Shown one piece after another: positions 29,392 to 39,221 of a stretch of 64,000 bases of DNA. Source of the stretch: an uncultured Pelagibacteraceae bacterium (GTDB lineage: Bacteria; Pseudomonadota; Alphaproteobacteria; Pelagibacterales; Pelagibacteraceae); assembly GCA_902572225.1 (NCBI GenBank), contig CACGFJ010000001.1, positions 4,477 through 68,476 on the forward strand. The letters are read 5' to 3'. The notes under the pieces are model-generated. The model had not been told where the DNA came from. It searched no databases and saw only the letters and a program-made list of their open reading frames with translations. The position numbers were made by a program, and so were the translations under genes. Within the stretch, counting starts at the first letter, position 1, and every line of letters begins with the position of its first letter.

Positions 29392-30717
29392 CTAACAATC
29401 TAAGGTGTTATCTTTTTCCCATTTAGTAACTGATTTTTTCTTATCAAAGACTTCTTGTTTATTGAAATTATCTATTTCGTTACTTTTTAATTTTATATAA
29501 CTATCAATAACTTTTTTTCCAAATGCTTTATTAAGGACTTTGCTACCACTTAACATATTTAATGCCTCAGAAACGTTATTAGGAAGTTTAGGCAAGTTTG
29601 GGTATTTTTTATAATCTGTATACATATTACAGAATAAAGGTTTACCTGGATTTATTTTTTTATTTATACCTTCCAAACCAGCTGCAAGAACTCCAGCTTG
29701 TAATAAATATGGGTTAGCTGATCCATCCATTAATCTAAGTTCAAATCTACCTGGGTCAGGAATTCTAATCATATGTGTTCTGTTATTTCCCGTATAAGAT
29801 ATGCTGCTAGGAGACCAAGTAGCTCCTGATTTTGTTGGTGGAGCGTTTATTCGTCTGTAACTGTTAATAGTCGGATTAAAAAAAGCTGATAAAGGCTGAG
29901 CATTCTTTATCACCCCGCCAAGAAAATTGTAAGCCATTTTGCTTAAACCCAATCTATCTTTTTTGTCTAAAAACTGATTTTTTCCTTTACCCCAAACAGA
30001 AACATGTGCATGGCAACCATTACCAGTTAGATTATTGAATGGTTTTGGCATAAACGTAGCTCTTAGACCATGTTTTTCAGCTAAATTTTTTACCATAAAT
30101 TTGAAAAAAACATGTCTATCTGCAGTTATTAAACTGTCAGAATAATCCCAATTCATTTCAAATTGACCATTAGCATCTTCATGGTCATTTTGATATGGTT
30201 TCCATCCTAACTCAATCATGCTGTCACATATCTCTTTAATTAAATCATATCTTCTCATGAGAGCTGATTGATCATAACAAGGTTTTGATTGGATATCTCT
30301 AGGATCTGAAATAGAAGATCCATCCTCAGAAATTAAAAAATATTCACACTCAACACCAGACTTCATTTGAAGTTTCTTTTCACTTAATTTTTTTATCTGA
30401 TTTTTCAACATTACTCTTGGAGATGCATCTACAGGTCCACCATCCATATATAAATCTGAAGCTAACCATCCAATCTCTTTGTTCCATGGTAATTGAATTA
30501 AACTATTTGGATCTGGTATTGCGAACATGTCACTATCTGCTGGTGACATATCTAGCCATGTTGCAAATCCTGCAAAACCAGCTCCATTTTTTTGCATTTC
30601 AGCAATTGCTTGTGCTGGAACTAATTTTGATCTCAATACACCAAACAAATCAACAAAACTGATTAAAAAATATTTAATTTTTTTAGATCTAGCTATTTGA
30701 GATAAATTTTTAGGCAT
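29392..30717 (-). CDS. gmaS: Gamma-glutamylmethylamide synthetase (GlnT-type glutamate-amine ligase)
   Basis: GAGFAGFA, KPCYDQSALMRRY, YQNDHEDANGQFEMN, SGATWSP, GNNRTHM; lies directly downstream of mgsABC. Confidence 0.9.
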   Translation of the reverse strand: MPKNLSQIARSKKIKYFLISFVDLFGVLRSKLVPAQAIAEMQKNGAGFAGFATWLDMSPADSDMFAIPDPNSLIQLPWNKEIGWLASDLYMDGGPVDASPRVMLKNQIKKLSEKKLQMKSGVECEYFLISEDGSSISDPRDIQSKPCYDQSALMRRYDLIKEICDSMIELGWKPYQNDHEDANGQFEMNWDYSDSLITADRHVFFKFMVKNLAEKHGLRATFMPKPFNNLTGNGCHAHVSVWGKGKNQFLDKKDRLGLSKMAYNFLGGVIKNAQPLSAFFNPTINSYRRINAPPTKSGATWSPSSISYTGNNRTHMIRIPDPGRFELRLMDGSANPYLLQAGVLAAGLEGINKKINPGKPLFCNMYTDYKKYPNLPKLPNNVSEALNMLSGSKVLNKAFGKKVIDSYIKLKSNEIDNFNKQEVFDKKKSVTKWEKDNTLDC

Positions 30718-30754
30718 TATCTATAATATGAATTAAATTACTTACTATCAATAT

Positions 30755-32080
30755 TTATTTATTGTTTATACCTGGTATCCACGTAGTACCAGCCAAGGGA
30801 ACTCTAGCCATTGCTGCAGCTTCTACAGTTAAAGCACACATATCTTCTGGTTCTAAATTATGTAAGCTGTTTTTACCACATGCTCTTGCAAGTGTTTGAG
30901 CTTCTAATGTCATTACCTTTAGATAGTTTGAAAGTTTTTTTCCAGCTTTTATTGGATCTAATCTTTTCATTAATTTTGGATCTTGGGTTGAAATACCTGC
31001 GGGATCATATCCTTCATGCCAATCATCGTATGCACCAGCAGTAGTTCCAAGTTTATTATATTCTTTTTCCCATTTAGGATCATTATCTCCGATAGCAATC
31101 ATTGCTGCACTACCTATTGAAACTGCATCAGCTCCAAGGGCCAAAGCTTTAGCTACATCTGCTCCATTTCTGATCCCACCAGAAATAATTAATTGAACTT
31201 TTCTATGCATATCTAGATCTTGTAGAGCATCAACGGCTGGTCTTATACACCCCAATGTTGGTTGACCTACATTTTCAATAAAAACTTCTTGTGTCGCTGC
31301 AGTTCCTCCTTGCATACCATCTAAAACAACTACATCTGCGCCAGCTTTAATTGCTAACGCGGTATCATAATAAGGTCTTGCTCCTGCAATTTTCACAAAT
31401 ATTGGGACTTTCCATTTAGTAATTTCTCTTAATTCCAATATTTTGATCTTCAAATCATCAGGCCCAGTCCAGTCTGGATGCCTGCATGCGGAACGTTGAT
31501 CAACTCCTTTTGGTAAAGTTCTCATTTCTGCAACACGATCACTAATTTTTTGACCTAGAAGCATTCCACCTCCACCAGGCTTTGCACCTTGTCCAATAAC
31601 AACTTCTATTGCATCTGCTTTTCTTAAATCATTAGGATTCATTCCATATCTAGAAGGTAAAAGTTGGTAAACTAAATTTTTTGATTGTCCTCTTTCTTCA
31701 GGTGTCATACCTCCATCACCTGTTGTTGTAGATGTACCTGCAATACTAGCTCCTCGACCCAATGCTTCTTTAGCAGATCCAGATAATGCACCAAAACTCA
31801 TTCCTGCAATTGTTATTGGTATATCAAGTTCTAAAGGTTTTTTTGCATACCTCGTTCCCAAGGTTACATTAGTTGTGCATTTTTCTCGATAACCCTCCAA
31901 AGGATATCTGGACATTGATGCACCTAAAAATAAAAGATCATCAAAATGAGGAAGTCTTCTTTTAGATCCGCCTCCTCTTATATCATAAATTCCTGTTTCA
32001 GCTGCTCTTCTAATTTCAGAATTTGTATACTCGTCGAAAGTCCAAGATTGTCTTGGAAATGTTTTATTATTTTTTTTCAT
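30755..32080 (-). CDS. mgsC: N-methylglutamate synthase subunit C (GlxD; FMN glutamate-synthase domain)
   Basis: YDIRGGG.KR, AGMSFGALS, GQGAKPGGGG, RHPDWTGPDDL, YDDWHEG.DPAGISTQDP. Confidence 0.88.
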   Translation of the reverse strand: MKKNNKTFPRQSWTFDEYTNSEIRRAAETGIYDIRGGGSKRRLPHFDDLLFLGASMSRYPLEGYREKCTTNVTLGTRYAKKPLELDIPITIAGMSFGALSGSAKEALGRGASIAGTSTTTGDGGMTPEERGQSKNLVYQLLPSRYGMNPNDLRKADAIEVVIGQGAKPGGGGMLLGQKISDRVAEMRTLPKGVDQRSACRHPDWTGPDDLKIKILELREITKWKVPIFVKIAGARPYYDTALAIKAGADVVVLDGMQGGTAATQEVFIENVGQPTLGCIRPAVDALQDLDMHRKVQLIISGGIRNGADVAKALALGADAVSIGSAAMIAIGDNDPKWEKEYNKLGTTAGAYDDWHEGYDPAGISTQDPKLMKRLDPIKAGKKLSNYLKVMTLEAQTLARACGKNSLHNLEPEDMCALTVEAAAMARVPLAGTTWIPGINNK

Positions 32081-32082
32081 AT

Positions 32083-32766
32083 TTAATAATTTGATACATT
32101 GTCTATTTTAAAATTATAAAGTTTTCTTGCTGAACCGTATCTTTTAAAATCTTTAGATTTTAATTTATCTAACTTTGCTTTTTTTAAAAGTTTGTCTAAT
32201 TTTTTTAAATGTTTATTATCCATTTTTTTTTCTATGCAATCAGCTCCTAAAGACTTGACCCTACCTCTAATATAGATATCTGTTTCATATAAACTATCAC
32301 CTAATGCCTCACCCGCGTCACCACAAACTACTAAATTACCAGACTGTGCCATAAAAGCAGACATGTGACCTACAGAACCTTTGACAACAATATCAATTCC
32401 TTTCATTGAAATTCCACATCTGGAACTTGCATCTCCATCAATTACTAAAAATCCTCCATGTGCTGTAGCTCCAGCAGACTGAGAGGCATTTCCTTTTACA
32501 TGAATTTTTCCAGACATCATGTTTTCAGCTACACCCGTTCCAACATTTCCTTCAACTGTAATATTTGCATTTTGGTTCATTCCACCACAATAATATCCGA
32601 CATGACCTTTTACTGTTACATCTATGTCATCTGTTAACCCTGCACAGATAGCATGATTTCCCTCTGGATTTAAAATTGTATAACTCTTATTATTTCTTTT
32701 TTGATCTATAGATTGTAATGTCTCATTTACTTTTCTAAGTTTTAATTTTCTCAAATCTAATTTCAT
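32083..32766 (-). CDS. mgsB: N-methylglutamate synthase subunit B (GlxC; GXGXG beta-helix)
   Basis: GYYCGGMNQ, GVAENMMSG, RCGISMKG, SARKLYNF. The ATG overlaps the mgsA stop (TAATG). Confidence 0.88.
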   Translation of the reverse strand: MKLDLRKLKLRKVNETLQSIDQKRNNKSYTILNPEGNHAICAGLTDDIDVTVKGHVGYYCGGMNQNANITVEGNVGTGVAENMMSGKIHVKGNASQSAGATAHGGFLVIDGDASSRCGISMKGIDIVVKGSVGHMSAFMAQSGNLVVCGDAGEALGDSLYETDIYIRGRVKSLGADCIEKKMDNKHLKKLDKLLKKAKLDKLKSKDFKRYGSARKLYNFKIDNVSNY

Positions 32767-33647
32767 TAATTGCCCCAAGAATATACAATACCAGGTTCAG
32801 GCTCAAAAATTTTAGCCATATTAACACCAGGCAAATGTGCCATTGCTTGAAATTCAGATGCGATTGCAACATAATCTTTAGTTTCAGCAACAACAGCAGG
32901 TTTGCATGCAATTTCATCCCTAACTATAGCAAATCCTTTTCTTGTGCCTGTTATAAAAGTGTAAAATCCATCTAAGTCATCTAAGCCACTCATAAGAGTC
33001 TCTTTTAAATTTTTTTTACTTGATAAATGATTTGAAATATATCCTGCTGCTACCTCAGTATCGTTTTCAGATTTAAAATTTATCCCTTTTTTAGTTAAAT
33101 TTCTCCTTAGGTTATTGTGATTTGATAAAGATCCATTATGGACCAGGCATTCATCAGAGCCTGTAGAGTAGGGATGAGAACCATCAGTTGTTATAGCACT
33201 TTCAGTAGCCATTCTAGTATGACCTATTCCATGTGTTCCACTAAAGTTTTCCAAATTAAACTTTTTTACTACATCTTTAGGATTTCCAATTTGCTTAAAT
33301 ATTTCAATAGATTTACCATAACCAACCAAGGAAACTTCTTTAAATTCATTTAAAATATCCAAAACTTTTTTTGGATTTTCTTTGGAGCTTAAAATTACAT
33401 GGTCTGAATTTTTTAATATTGAAGTAAATTTTATTTTTCCTGTGATGCCATTTTTAAATTTTTCGAAAGCTAAATTGTTAATACATATTGAATATTTAAA
33501 TTCCTCTTTCTTTTCTTTCTTATAAATAGCAAAACCAGCACTGTCAGGTCCTCTGGATTCCATATTTATCAACATTCCAGATAACATCTTGCCTAAATCT
33601 TTTTCAAACTTTTTTGATTTTAGGTATATTCCAACAATTCCACACAT
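32766..33647 (-). CDS. mgsA: N-methylglutamate synthase subunit A (GlxB; class II amidotransferase)
   Basis: N-terminal nucleophile MCGIVG, RGPDSAG, GHTRMATES, HNGSLSN. Confidence 0.88.
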   Translation of the reverse strand: MCGIVGIYLKSKKFEKDLGKMLSGMLINMESRGPDSAGFAIYKKEKKEEFKYSICINNLAFEKFKNGITGKIKFTSILKNSDHVILSSKENPKKVLDILNEFKEVSLVGYGKSIEIFKQIGNPKDVVKKFNLENFSGTHGIGHTRMATESAITTDGSHPYSTGSDECLVHNGSLSNHNNLRRNLTKKGINFKSENDTEVAAGYISNHLSSKKNLKETLMSGLDDLDGFYTFITGTRKGFAIVRDEIACKPAVVAETKDYVAIASEFQAMAHLPGVNMAKIFEPEPGIVYSWGN

Positions 33648-33656
33648 AAAAATTAA

Positions 33657-33818
33657 TTAAATTAAAGATAACAAAAAATCTTTATAGTAAAGGAGATTTA
33701 CTAATACAATAATGATGATTGCGGCATAGACACCATACTTAGCTTTTGGCCATGCAAGTCTTGCCATTTTACTAGGAGTTTTATTTTCCTCTTGATTTTT
33801 TTTTTCTGAATTTTCCAT
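33657..33818 (-). CDS. Small single-TM hypothetical protein (about 53 aa)
   Basis: MENSEKK...YGVYAAIIIIVLVNLLYY. Start moved to 33818 because the longer ORF begins inside the hairpin. Confidence 0.55.
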   Translation of the reverse strand: MENSEKKNQEENKTPSKMARLAWPKAKYGVYAAIIIIVLVNLLYYKDFLLSLI

Positions 33819-33821
33819 ATG

Positions 33822-33856
33822 AAAAAAGAGGGCACAATATTTCATGCGCCCTCTTT
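33822..33856 (-). terminator. Intrinsic terminator after amt and the small ORF
   Basis: Minus strand AAAGAGGGCGCA-tgaaatat-TGTGCCCTCTTTTTT, a GC stem with a U tail. Confidence 0.75.
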
Positions 33857-33862
33857 AAAGTT

Positions 33863-34084
33863 TTAACCGTCTGTTATATTACTCTTCCAGTCATTAGAGC
33901 TAGGTCTTTTTCTGACAATCTCATTCATCTTCCCATCTTCTTGTTTAGATGAAATTACATGCCAACCAACCCAAATAAGAATTGCTATTATTACAAGCAC
34001 TCCTTCTGAACCAACTCCTGGATAGACAGATCCTTGTACCTCAGAGGCACTTAAATGATCTATCCAATTTGTTACTGTTGCCAT
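33863..34084 (-). CDS. Small membrane protein (73 aa) co-located with amt
   Basis: Strong AGGAGG RBS right after the amt stop; YPGVGSE followed by a TM helix ending WVGWH. Confidence 0.8.
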   Translation of the reverse strand: MATVTNWIDHLSASEVQGSVYPGVGSEGVLVIIAILIWVGWHVISSKQEDGKMNEIVRKRPSSNDWKSNITDG

Positions 34085-34097
34085 TTACATACCTCCT

Positions 34098-35498
34098 TTA
34101 TCTACTGGCCGAGGCTACAGCTTTTTCGTCTTCTTTAGCCTCCTCCATTATTGTATAGTCAAGTCCTGCAAGTTCTACTTCTCTAGGTATTCTTAATTTA
34201 CCCATTCCATTAAGAACTTTTGCAATTATATATCCAGGAAGCATACCTAAAACAAAAAACATTATTATTGCTCCGATAAACATTCCTAGTGGATTAATTG
34301 CTGCATAATTAGTTCCGTCCCACATAGCTCCAACACTGTATCCAGATGAAGGATAACCATTTAAAACGAAACCACATATTACAAGACCAACAAATCCAGC
34401 ATAACCATGAACAGCTACTGCTCCAACTGCATCGTCGATTTTATATTTTTTCTCGACCCAGTAATGCATTTTGTAAGCTATAACTACTCCGATCATACCG
34501 ATTATCATTGATTGTATTGGATGATATAAATCATTACCCGCAGATGCACATATTATACCTGCCAGTCCTGATGAATAAGTCCAGAAAGGATCTCCCTTTG
34601 ATATTACATATCCAGCCAACAAACCTCCAGATAACGACATTAAAAAGTTCATCGTTATTCCGCTGAGTGTTGTAGGCGTTAGGTAGATGTTAGTTGCGGT
34701 AAAGAAAGTTACACCCTCCATACCATACTCTGGTCCAAGATCATATATTGGTACATTACATGCTGCGTAAAAACCCCAGAAACCTGTGTAGATTAAAAAT
34801 AATCCAACAGTCACTAACCAAGGATTTCTTGGCCCAATGTTTCTTGGTTCCCCGCTAGATGAAAATTTTCCAATTCTTGGTCCTAAAACTATTAGAACTC
34901 CTAAAGCAAAACCTCCAGCAATTGCATGAATTACTCCAGAAGCATAAGCATCGTGATATCCTAATATTTTTAACATCCATCCATCAAAATGCCATCCCCA
35001 TGAAGCATCTATTGTCCAGAAAACAGATCCAATTGCAATTGCAAGTATTCCAAATGCAAAAGTAGTTATCCTTTCAATAACCGCTCCAGATACAATTGAT
35101 GCAGCAGTCCATGAAAATAATAAAAAAGCTGCCCAGAAGACACCCATTATATGATCATTAAGATTTACGGCCATCAATGCATTTGTAGGGTTAGCAAGAT
35201 CATTTCCACCAAATCCACCTCCAAGAACTAGACCAGTACTTTCGGTCATAATCGAAGGAGCTAATCCGGGTCCTGTTGGAAATGCCCAGTATATCCACCA
35301 ACCAAAGAAAAACCATGTAACTGTTACCAGAGGTATCAGCATTGTATTTTTCATAAGAGTATGTTGGTGATGTTTGTAACGAGATGCCCCAACTTCATAC
35401 ATACAGAAACCTACGTGGATCAAAAACATAAGAACCACAGTTACCCAATAGTAAAATTCTGTAAATATCGATGTGAGAGCACCTAATTGATCAGTCAT
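34098..35498 (-). CDS. Amt/Mep/Rh-family channel, probably for methylated amines
   Basis: Many TM helices; SIVSGAVIER, twin His (SGVIHAIAG; DDAVGAVAVHG), LGPRIGKF, C-terminal E.AGLD. Confidence 0.9.
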   Translation of the reverse strand: MTDQLGALTSIFTEFYYWVTVVLMFLIHVGFCMYEVGASRYKHHQHTLMKNTMLIPLVTVTWFFFGWWIYWAFPTGPGLAPSIMTESTGLVLGGGFGGNDLANPTNALMAVNLNDHIMGVFWAAFLLFSWTAASIVSGAVIERITTFAFGILAIAIGSVFWTIDASWGWHFDGWMLKILGYHDAYASGVIHAIAGGFALGVLIVLGPRIGKFSSSGEPRNIGPRNPWLVTVGLFLIYTGFWGFYAACNVPIYDLGPEYGMEGVTFFTATNIYLTPTTLSGITMNFLMSLSGGLLAGYVISKGDPFWTYSSGLAGIICASAGNDLYHPIQSMIIGMIGVVIAYKMHYWVEKKYKIDDAVGAVAVHGYAGFVGLVICGFVLNGYPSSGYSVGAMWDGTNYAAINPLGMFIGAIIMFFVLGMLPGYIIAKVLNGMGKLRIPREVELAGLDYTIMEEAKEDEKAVASASR

Positions 35499-35615
35499 AT
35501 TTCTCTCTCCTATTAATAGTTGATTGACTCTATGAAATTTTTTTTATGCTGACAATTTTATTTTAGTTATAAAAAGTAGAAGTTAATAATTATTTTATCA
35601 ACTTGAAATTGAAAC

Positions 35616-36026
35616 TTAGAATTTTAAATATGCTTTTTTAAGATCAACCAGAGGATGATTCGGAGACATCTGAAACTTTACTAATAATTCCCTGGCAATC
35701 ATATCTCTATCTTGCTGATTATTTGGCAATTTAATTTTACTTGGTATCGTTACCCAACCGTTAGCATTTCTATCAAAAACAGCGGGTCTATTTTCTTCAT
35801 AACCCATGTGAACGTCCTCTAGCCAGTTAAGATCGTCCCATCCCATAGCTTCTATATATTTTTTTAAAAAAGGAGTTAGTCGACTATAGTCTGGCAAAAG
35901 ATTAACGTCATATCGGTAGCCAATTGTTTGACCAATCATTTTTTCTCTAGCAGTTTCTTTTTTCTTACCTAATTGACCTTTGATCTCTTTTGACTTGACT
36001 TTTTTCTTACCTTTTTTCTTTGGCAT
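35616..36026 (-). CDS. Hypothetical protein (136 aa, Lys-rich N-terminus)
   Basis: Protein-like ORF starting 8 nt after the second mgsC-like gene; no family recognised. Confidence 0.75.
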   Translation of the reverse strand: MPKKKGKKKVKSKEIKGQLGKKKETAREKMIGQTIGYRYDVNLLPDYSRLTPFLKKYIEAMGWDDLNWLEDVHMGYEENRPAVFDRNANGWVTIPSKIKLPNNQQDRDMIARELLVKFQMSPNHPLVDLKKAYLKF

Positions 36027-36034
36027 ATTTGCAA

Positions 36035-37426
36035 TTAGATTTTATGAAAATCTTTAACTCCTACCGTATGATTTGTTCCTGCAAGAGGCACTTTAGCTAA
36101 AGCAGAAGCCTCCATTGTTAATGCAGCCATATCTTCTGGCTCTAGCGAGTGAATATTTGTTTTTCCACATGCTCTAGCTAACAATTGAGCCTCCAATGTC
36201 ATCGCATGCAAGTAATTGTACACTCTTAATGCTGCATCATCAGGATTTAATCTTTTTCTTAATTTTGGATCTTGAGTAGCTACTCCTACTGGACATCTAC
36301 CTGTATGACAGTGATAGCAATGACCTGCAGGTACACCCATCTCTTTTTCAAAGTTAGACTCTGGTATTTCTTTATTGCAATTCAAAGCCACCATTGCACC
36401 CGTTCCAATTGCAATTGCGTCTGCACCAAGCGCTAAAGCTTTAGCCATATCTGCTCCGTCTCTAACACCACCAGCATAAATTAAAGTTACTTTTCCTGTT
36501 TTGCCGACATCATCTAAAGCTCTTCTTGCTTCTCTAATTCCAGCAATTCCTGGGATACCAGTGTTTGCAGCTGCGATGTGTGGTCCAGCACCTGTTGAAC
36601 CTTCCATTCCATCAAGATAAATTGAATCTGGATCACATTTTGCTGCCATCCTAACATCATCATAAACTTTTGCTGCACCAAGTTTTAATTGAATTGGCAC
36701 TTTGTTTTTTGTTAATTCTCTAAGCTCTTGAACTTTTAAAGCTAAATCGTCTGGACCTAACCAATCAGGATGTCTTGCTGGAGATCTTTGATCAATACCT
36801 GCGGGCAGTGATCTCATTTCTGCAACTTGATCAGTAACTTTTTGACCCATCAAGTGACCTCCCATTCCAACTTTTTGTCCTTGTCCAATAAATACTTCAA
36901 TTCCATCAGCTAGTTGTGCATGGTGTGGGTTAAAACCATATCTTGATTGTATGCACTGATAAAACCATTTTTCTGAATATCTTCTTTCATCTGGTATCAT
37001 TCCACCTTCACCAGAACATGTTGCGCTACCAGCCATTGTAGCACCTCTAGCCAATGCTGTTTTAGCCTCATAGGATAATGCTCCAAAACTCATTCCAGTA
37101 ATATAAACTGGTATATCAAGTTCAATTGGATTTTCGCATCTTGGACCAATGATAGTTTTAGTTTCACATTTTTCTCTATAACCTTCAATTACAAATCTTG
37201 TTAAAGTGCCTGGCAAGAAAACTAGATCATCAAAAGTTGGTATTTTCTTCATCAAAGCCATACCACGCATTCTGTATCTACCTAATTCTGATTTAATATG
37301 GATGTCATCCATTACTTCAGGAGTGAAGATTGCATTGTGACCTAGTAAACTTTTATTTCTAGACGCTACTCCATTCCCGTTGGAATGACCGTTTGATTTT
37401 CCATTACCGTTTTTTTTCTTTGCCAT
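36035..37426 (-). CDS. Second FMN glutamate-synthase-domain protein (MgsC/GlxD paralogue) with Cys cluster
   Basis: TGMSFGALS, GQGQKVGMGG, RHPDWLGPDDL, CYHCHTGRCPVGVATQDP. Confidence 0.88.
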   Translation of the reverse strand: MAKKKNGNGKSNGHSNGNGVASRNKSLLGHNAIFTPEVMDDIHIKSELGRYRMRGMALMKKIPTFDDLVFLPGTLTRFVIEGYREKCETKTIIGPRCENPIELDIPVYITGMSFGALSYEAKTALARGATMAGSATCSGEGGMIPDERRYSEKWFYQCIQSRYGFNPHHAQLADGIEVFIGQGQKVGMGGHLMGQKVTDQVAEMRSLPAGIDQRSPARHPDWLGPDDLALKVQELRELTKNKVPIQLKLGAAKVYDDVRMAAKCDPDSIYLDGMEGSTGAGPHIAAANTGIPGIAGIREARRALDDVGKTGKVTLIYAGGVRDGADMAKALALGADAIAIGTGAMVALNCNKEIPESNFEKEMGVPAGHCYHCHTGRCPVGVATQDPKLRKRLNPDDAALRVYNYLHAMTLEAQLLARACGKTNIHSLEPEDMAALTMEASALAKVPLAGTNHTVGVKDFHKI

Positions 37427-38281
37427 TTAAATTGCTCCTTTTTTCTCTGTAGGTTCAAGAGCATCGTAATTCCAAAGTTTTTTTCCTGCAACAACTTTGG
37501 TCATTTTAGAAACATCGAAGTTTTCTCCGATCTCCGCAACCTTTAATTTTCTTTTTAACCAATCTTGATCTGAATCAGTCAATTCAGCTTCGACAGCATC
37601 ACTACCAAATGATCCAATTTTTCCACCTACAAAAATTGTCCCATCATACATAGAGTCACCTAAGTTTATACCCACGTCACCCAAGATTATTATTCTACCT
37701 CTTTGCATCATAAAACCTGTAAAAGCACCAGCATCTCCGCCAATTATTATAGTTCCACCTTTTTGATCAATACCAGTTCTTGCACCTACGCTTCCTTTGC
37801 ATATCAGATCGCCACCTCTTATAGCTGCCCCAAAGCAAGACCCCGCATTTTTTTCTATGACAACTTTGCCAGCCATCATATTTTCAGCACAAGACCAACC
37901 AACTCTACCGTTAATTCTAACTATTGGACCATCCATTGATCCACATCCAAAATAACCCAAACTTCCTTCAAATATTAAATTTAATTTATTTAAAATTCCT
38001 ACCCCTAAACTATGTTTTCCTTGAGGATTTTTTATTACTATTGTTCCATATCCATCTTTCATTAATTCATCAATTTTTTTATTGGCTTCCCTGCATTCCA
38101 TATTTTTTACATCGATTTCTGTTCTTTTGTTGAAATCCACATCATATGTTCCAAAATAATAAAAATTTTCTGCTTCATCAGGATTAAAAAATTTTTGTTG
38201 TGTTTTTCCAGTTAAGACTTCTGAATGAAGTCCCATTGATTGAGCTTTAGTTTTTTTTTCTGATGTTTTTAAATTTGCCAT
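37427..38281 (-). CDS. Second GXGXG beta-helix protein (MgsB/GlxC paralogue)
   Basis: GSLGYFG, GWSCAENMMAG, GARTGIDQKGG, NLGDSMYDG. Confidence 0.85.
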   Translation of the reverse strand: MANLKTSEKKTKAQSMGLHSEVLTGKTQQKFFNPDEAENFYYFGTYDVDFNKRTEIDVKNMECREANKKIDELMKDGYGTIVIKNPQGKHSLGVGILNKLNLIFEGSLGYFGCGSMDGPIVRINGRVGWSCAENMMAGKVVIEKNAGSCFGAAIRGGDLICKGSVGARTGIDQKGGTIIIGGDAGAFTGFMMQRGRIIILGDVGINLGDSMYDGTIFVGGKIGSFGSDAVEAELTDSDQDWLKRKLKVAEIGENFDVSKMTKVVAGKKLWNYDALEPTEKKGAI

Positions 38282-39210
38282 ACTTTAACTTCTCCATCAA
38301 AAGGATCATATGTTTCTATTTCTTGTGGTAATACTGATCTAATTGCTATTTCTTCAGAACCCATAGCTACAAGATTATCAGATTCATATAATACTAGTGG
38401 TTTAGCAGCCATTGTATCTTTAGCCATCCCTAAAGAGTCTTTGGTAGCAACGAAGTAAGTGAAAACACCATCCAAGCCCGTTAAAGACTCTTTCATTCCT
38501 TCTTCTAGTGTCGCTCCATTTCTCATTTTTTCAGCCAAATAAACTGCAATTAATTCAGAGTCACACTCTGACATAAATCTCATTCCTTTATTCTCTAATA
38601 CTCTTCTATTATTCCAATAATTAGTTAACTGACCGTTGTGAACAACAGATACATCACTGAAAGGATATCCCCAGAACGGATGGGCTGATTTAATATCTAC
38701 GCCTGACTCTGTTGCCATCCTTGCATGTCCAATAGCATGAGTACCAACTAATTTATCAAGGTTATATCTCTTGCATACTGCCTCAGCATTTCCTAAATCT
38801 TTAATTACTTCTAAAGATTTGCCCATTGATAGAATTTCAACACCAGGTACACTTTCTATTTTTTGCGAAAACTCCATAAGATCTTTATCGTACTCAATTT
38901 CATATCTTAATGAGTAAGGAAGTATTCTTTCCTCTTTAATTATTTTTGCTCCCAAATCAGATAAATATCCATCAACTATTTTTTTTCTTTCATCATATAC
39001 TGAGACATCTTCCATGACTGAAGTGCTGCCTTCACCAACATTTTCTCCAACTTTGAATCTCATGATAAAATTTTGACCGTCAGTTTTTCCGTAAAGAGCG
39101 TATCCAGTTGAGTCTTCTCCTCTATGCTTTAATGCTTGAAGCATACCTTGAAGTTCAAAACCAACGTTTGAAGTATTTCCTCTATGAATTAATCCTGCAA
39201 TCCCGCACAT
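38269..39210 (-). CDS. Second class II amidotransferase (MgsA/GlxB paralogue)
   Basis: True start is likely MCGIAG at 39210 (AGGA upstream; Ntn Cys needs position 2); HRGEDSTG, GHARMATES, HNGQLTN. Confidence 0.87.
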   Translation of the reverse strand: MCGIAGLIHRGNTSNVGFELQGMLQALKHRGEDSTGYALYGKTDGQNFIMRFKVGENVGEGSTSVMEDVSVYDERKKIVDGYLSDLGAKIIKEERILPYSLRYEIEYDKDLMEFSQKIESVPGVEILSMGKSLEVIKDLGNAEAVCKRYNLDKLVGTHAIGHARMATESGVDIKSAHPFWGYPFSDVSVVHNGQLTNYWNNRRVLENKGMRFMSECDSELIAVYLAEKMRNGATLEEGMKESLTGLDGVFTYFVATKDSLGMAKDTMAAKPLVLYESDNLVAMGSEEIAIRSVLPQEIETYDPFDGEVKVWQI

Positions 39211-39221
39211 ATTATATCCTA

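Noticed and set aside
33819-33845. N-terminal extension MKYCALFFH of the 33657-33845 ORF
   Set aside because: It falls inside the terminator hairpin; the ATG at 33818 is the more plausible start.
37360-37426. Asn-Gly-rich N-terminal tail (KKKNGNGKSNGHSNGNG) of the second MgsC-like protein as a targeting or encapsulation peptide
   Set aside because: No shell or encapsulin genes in the window; most simply a disordered low-complexity tail.
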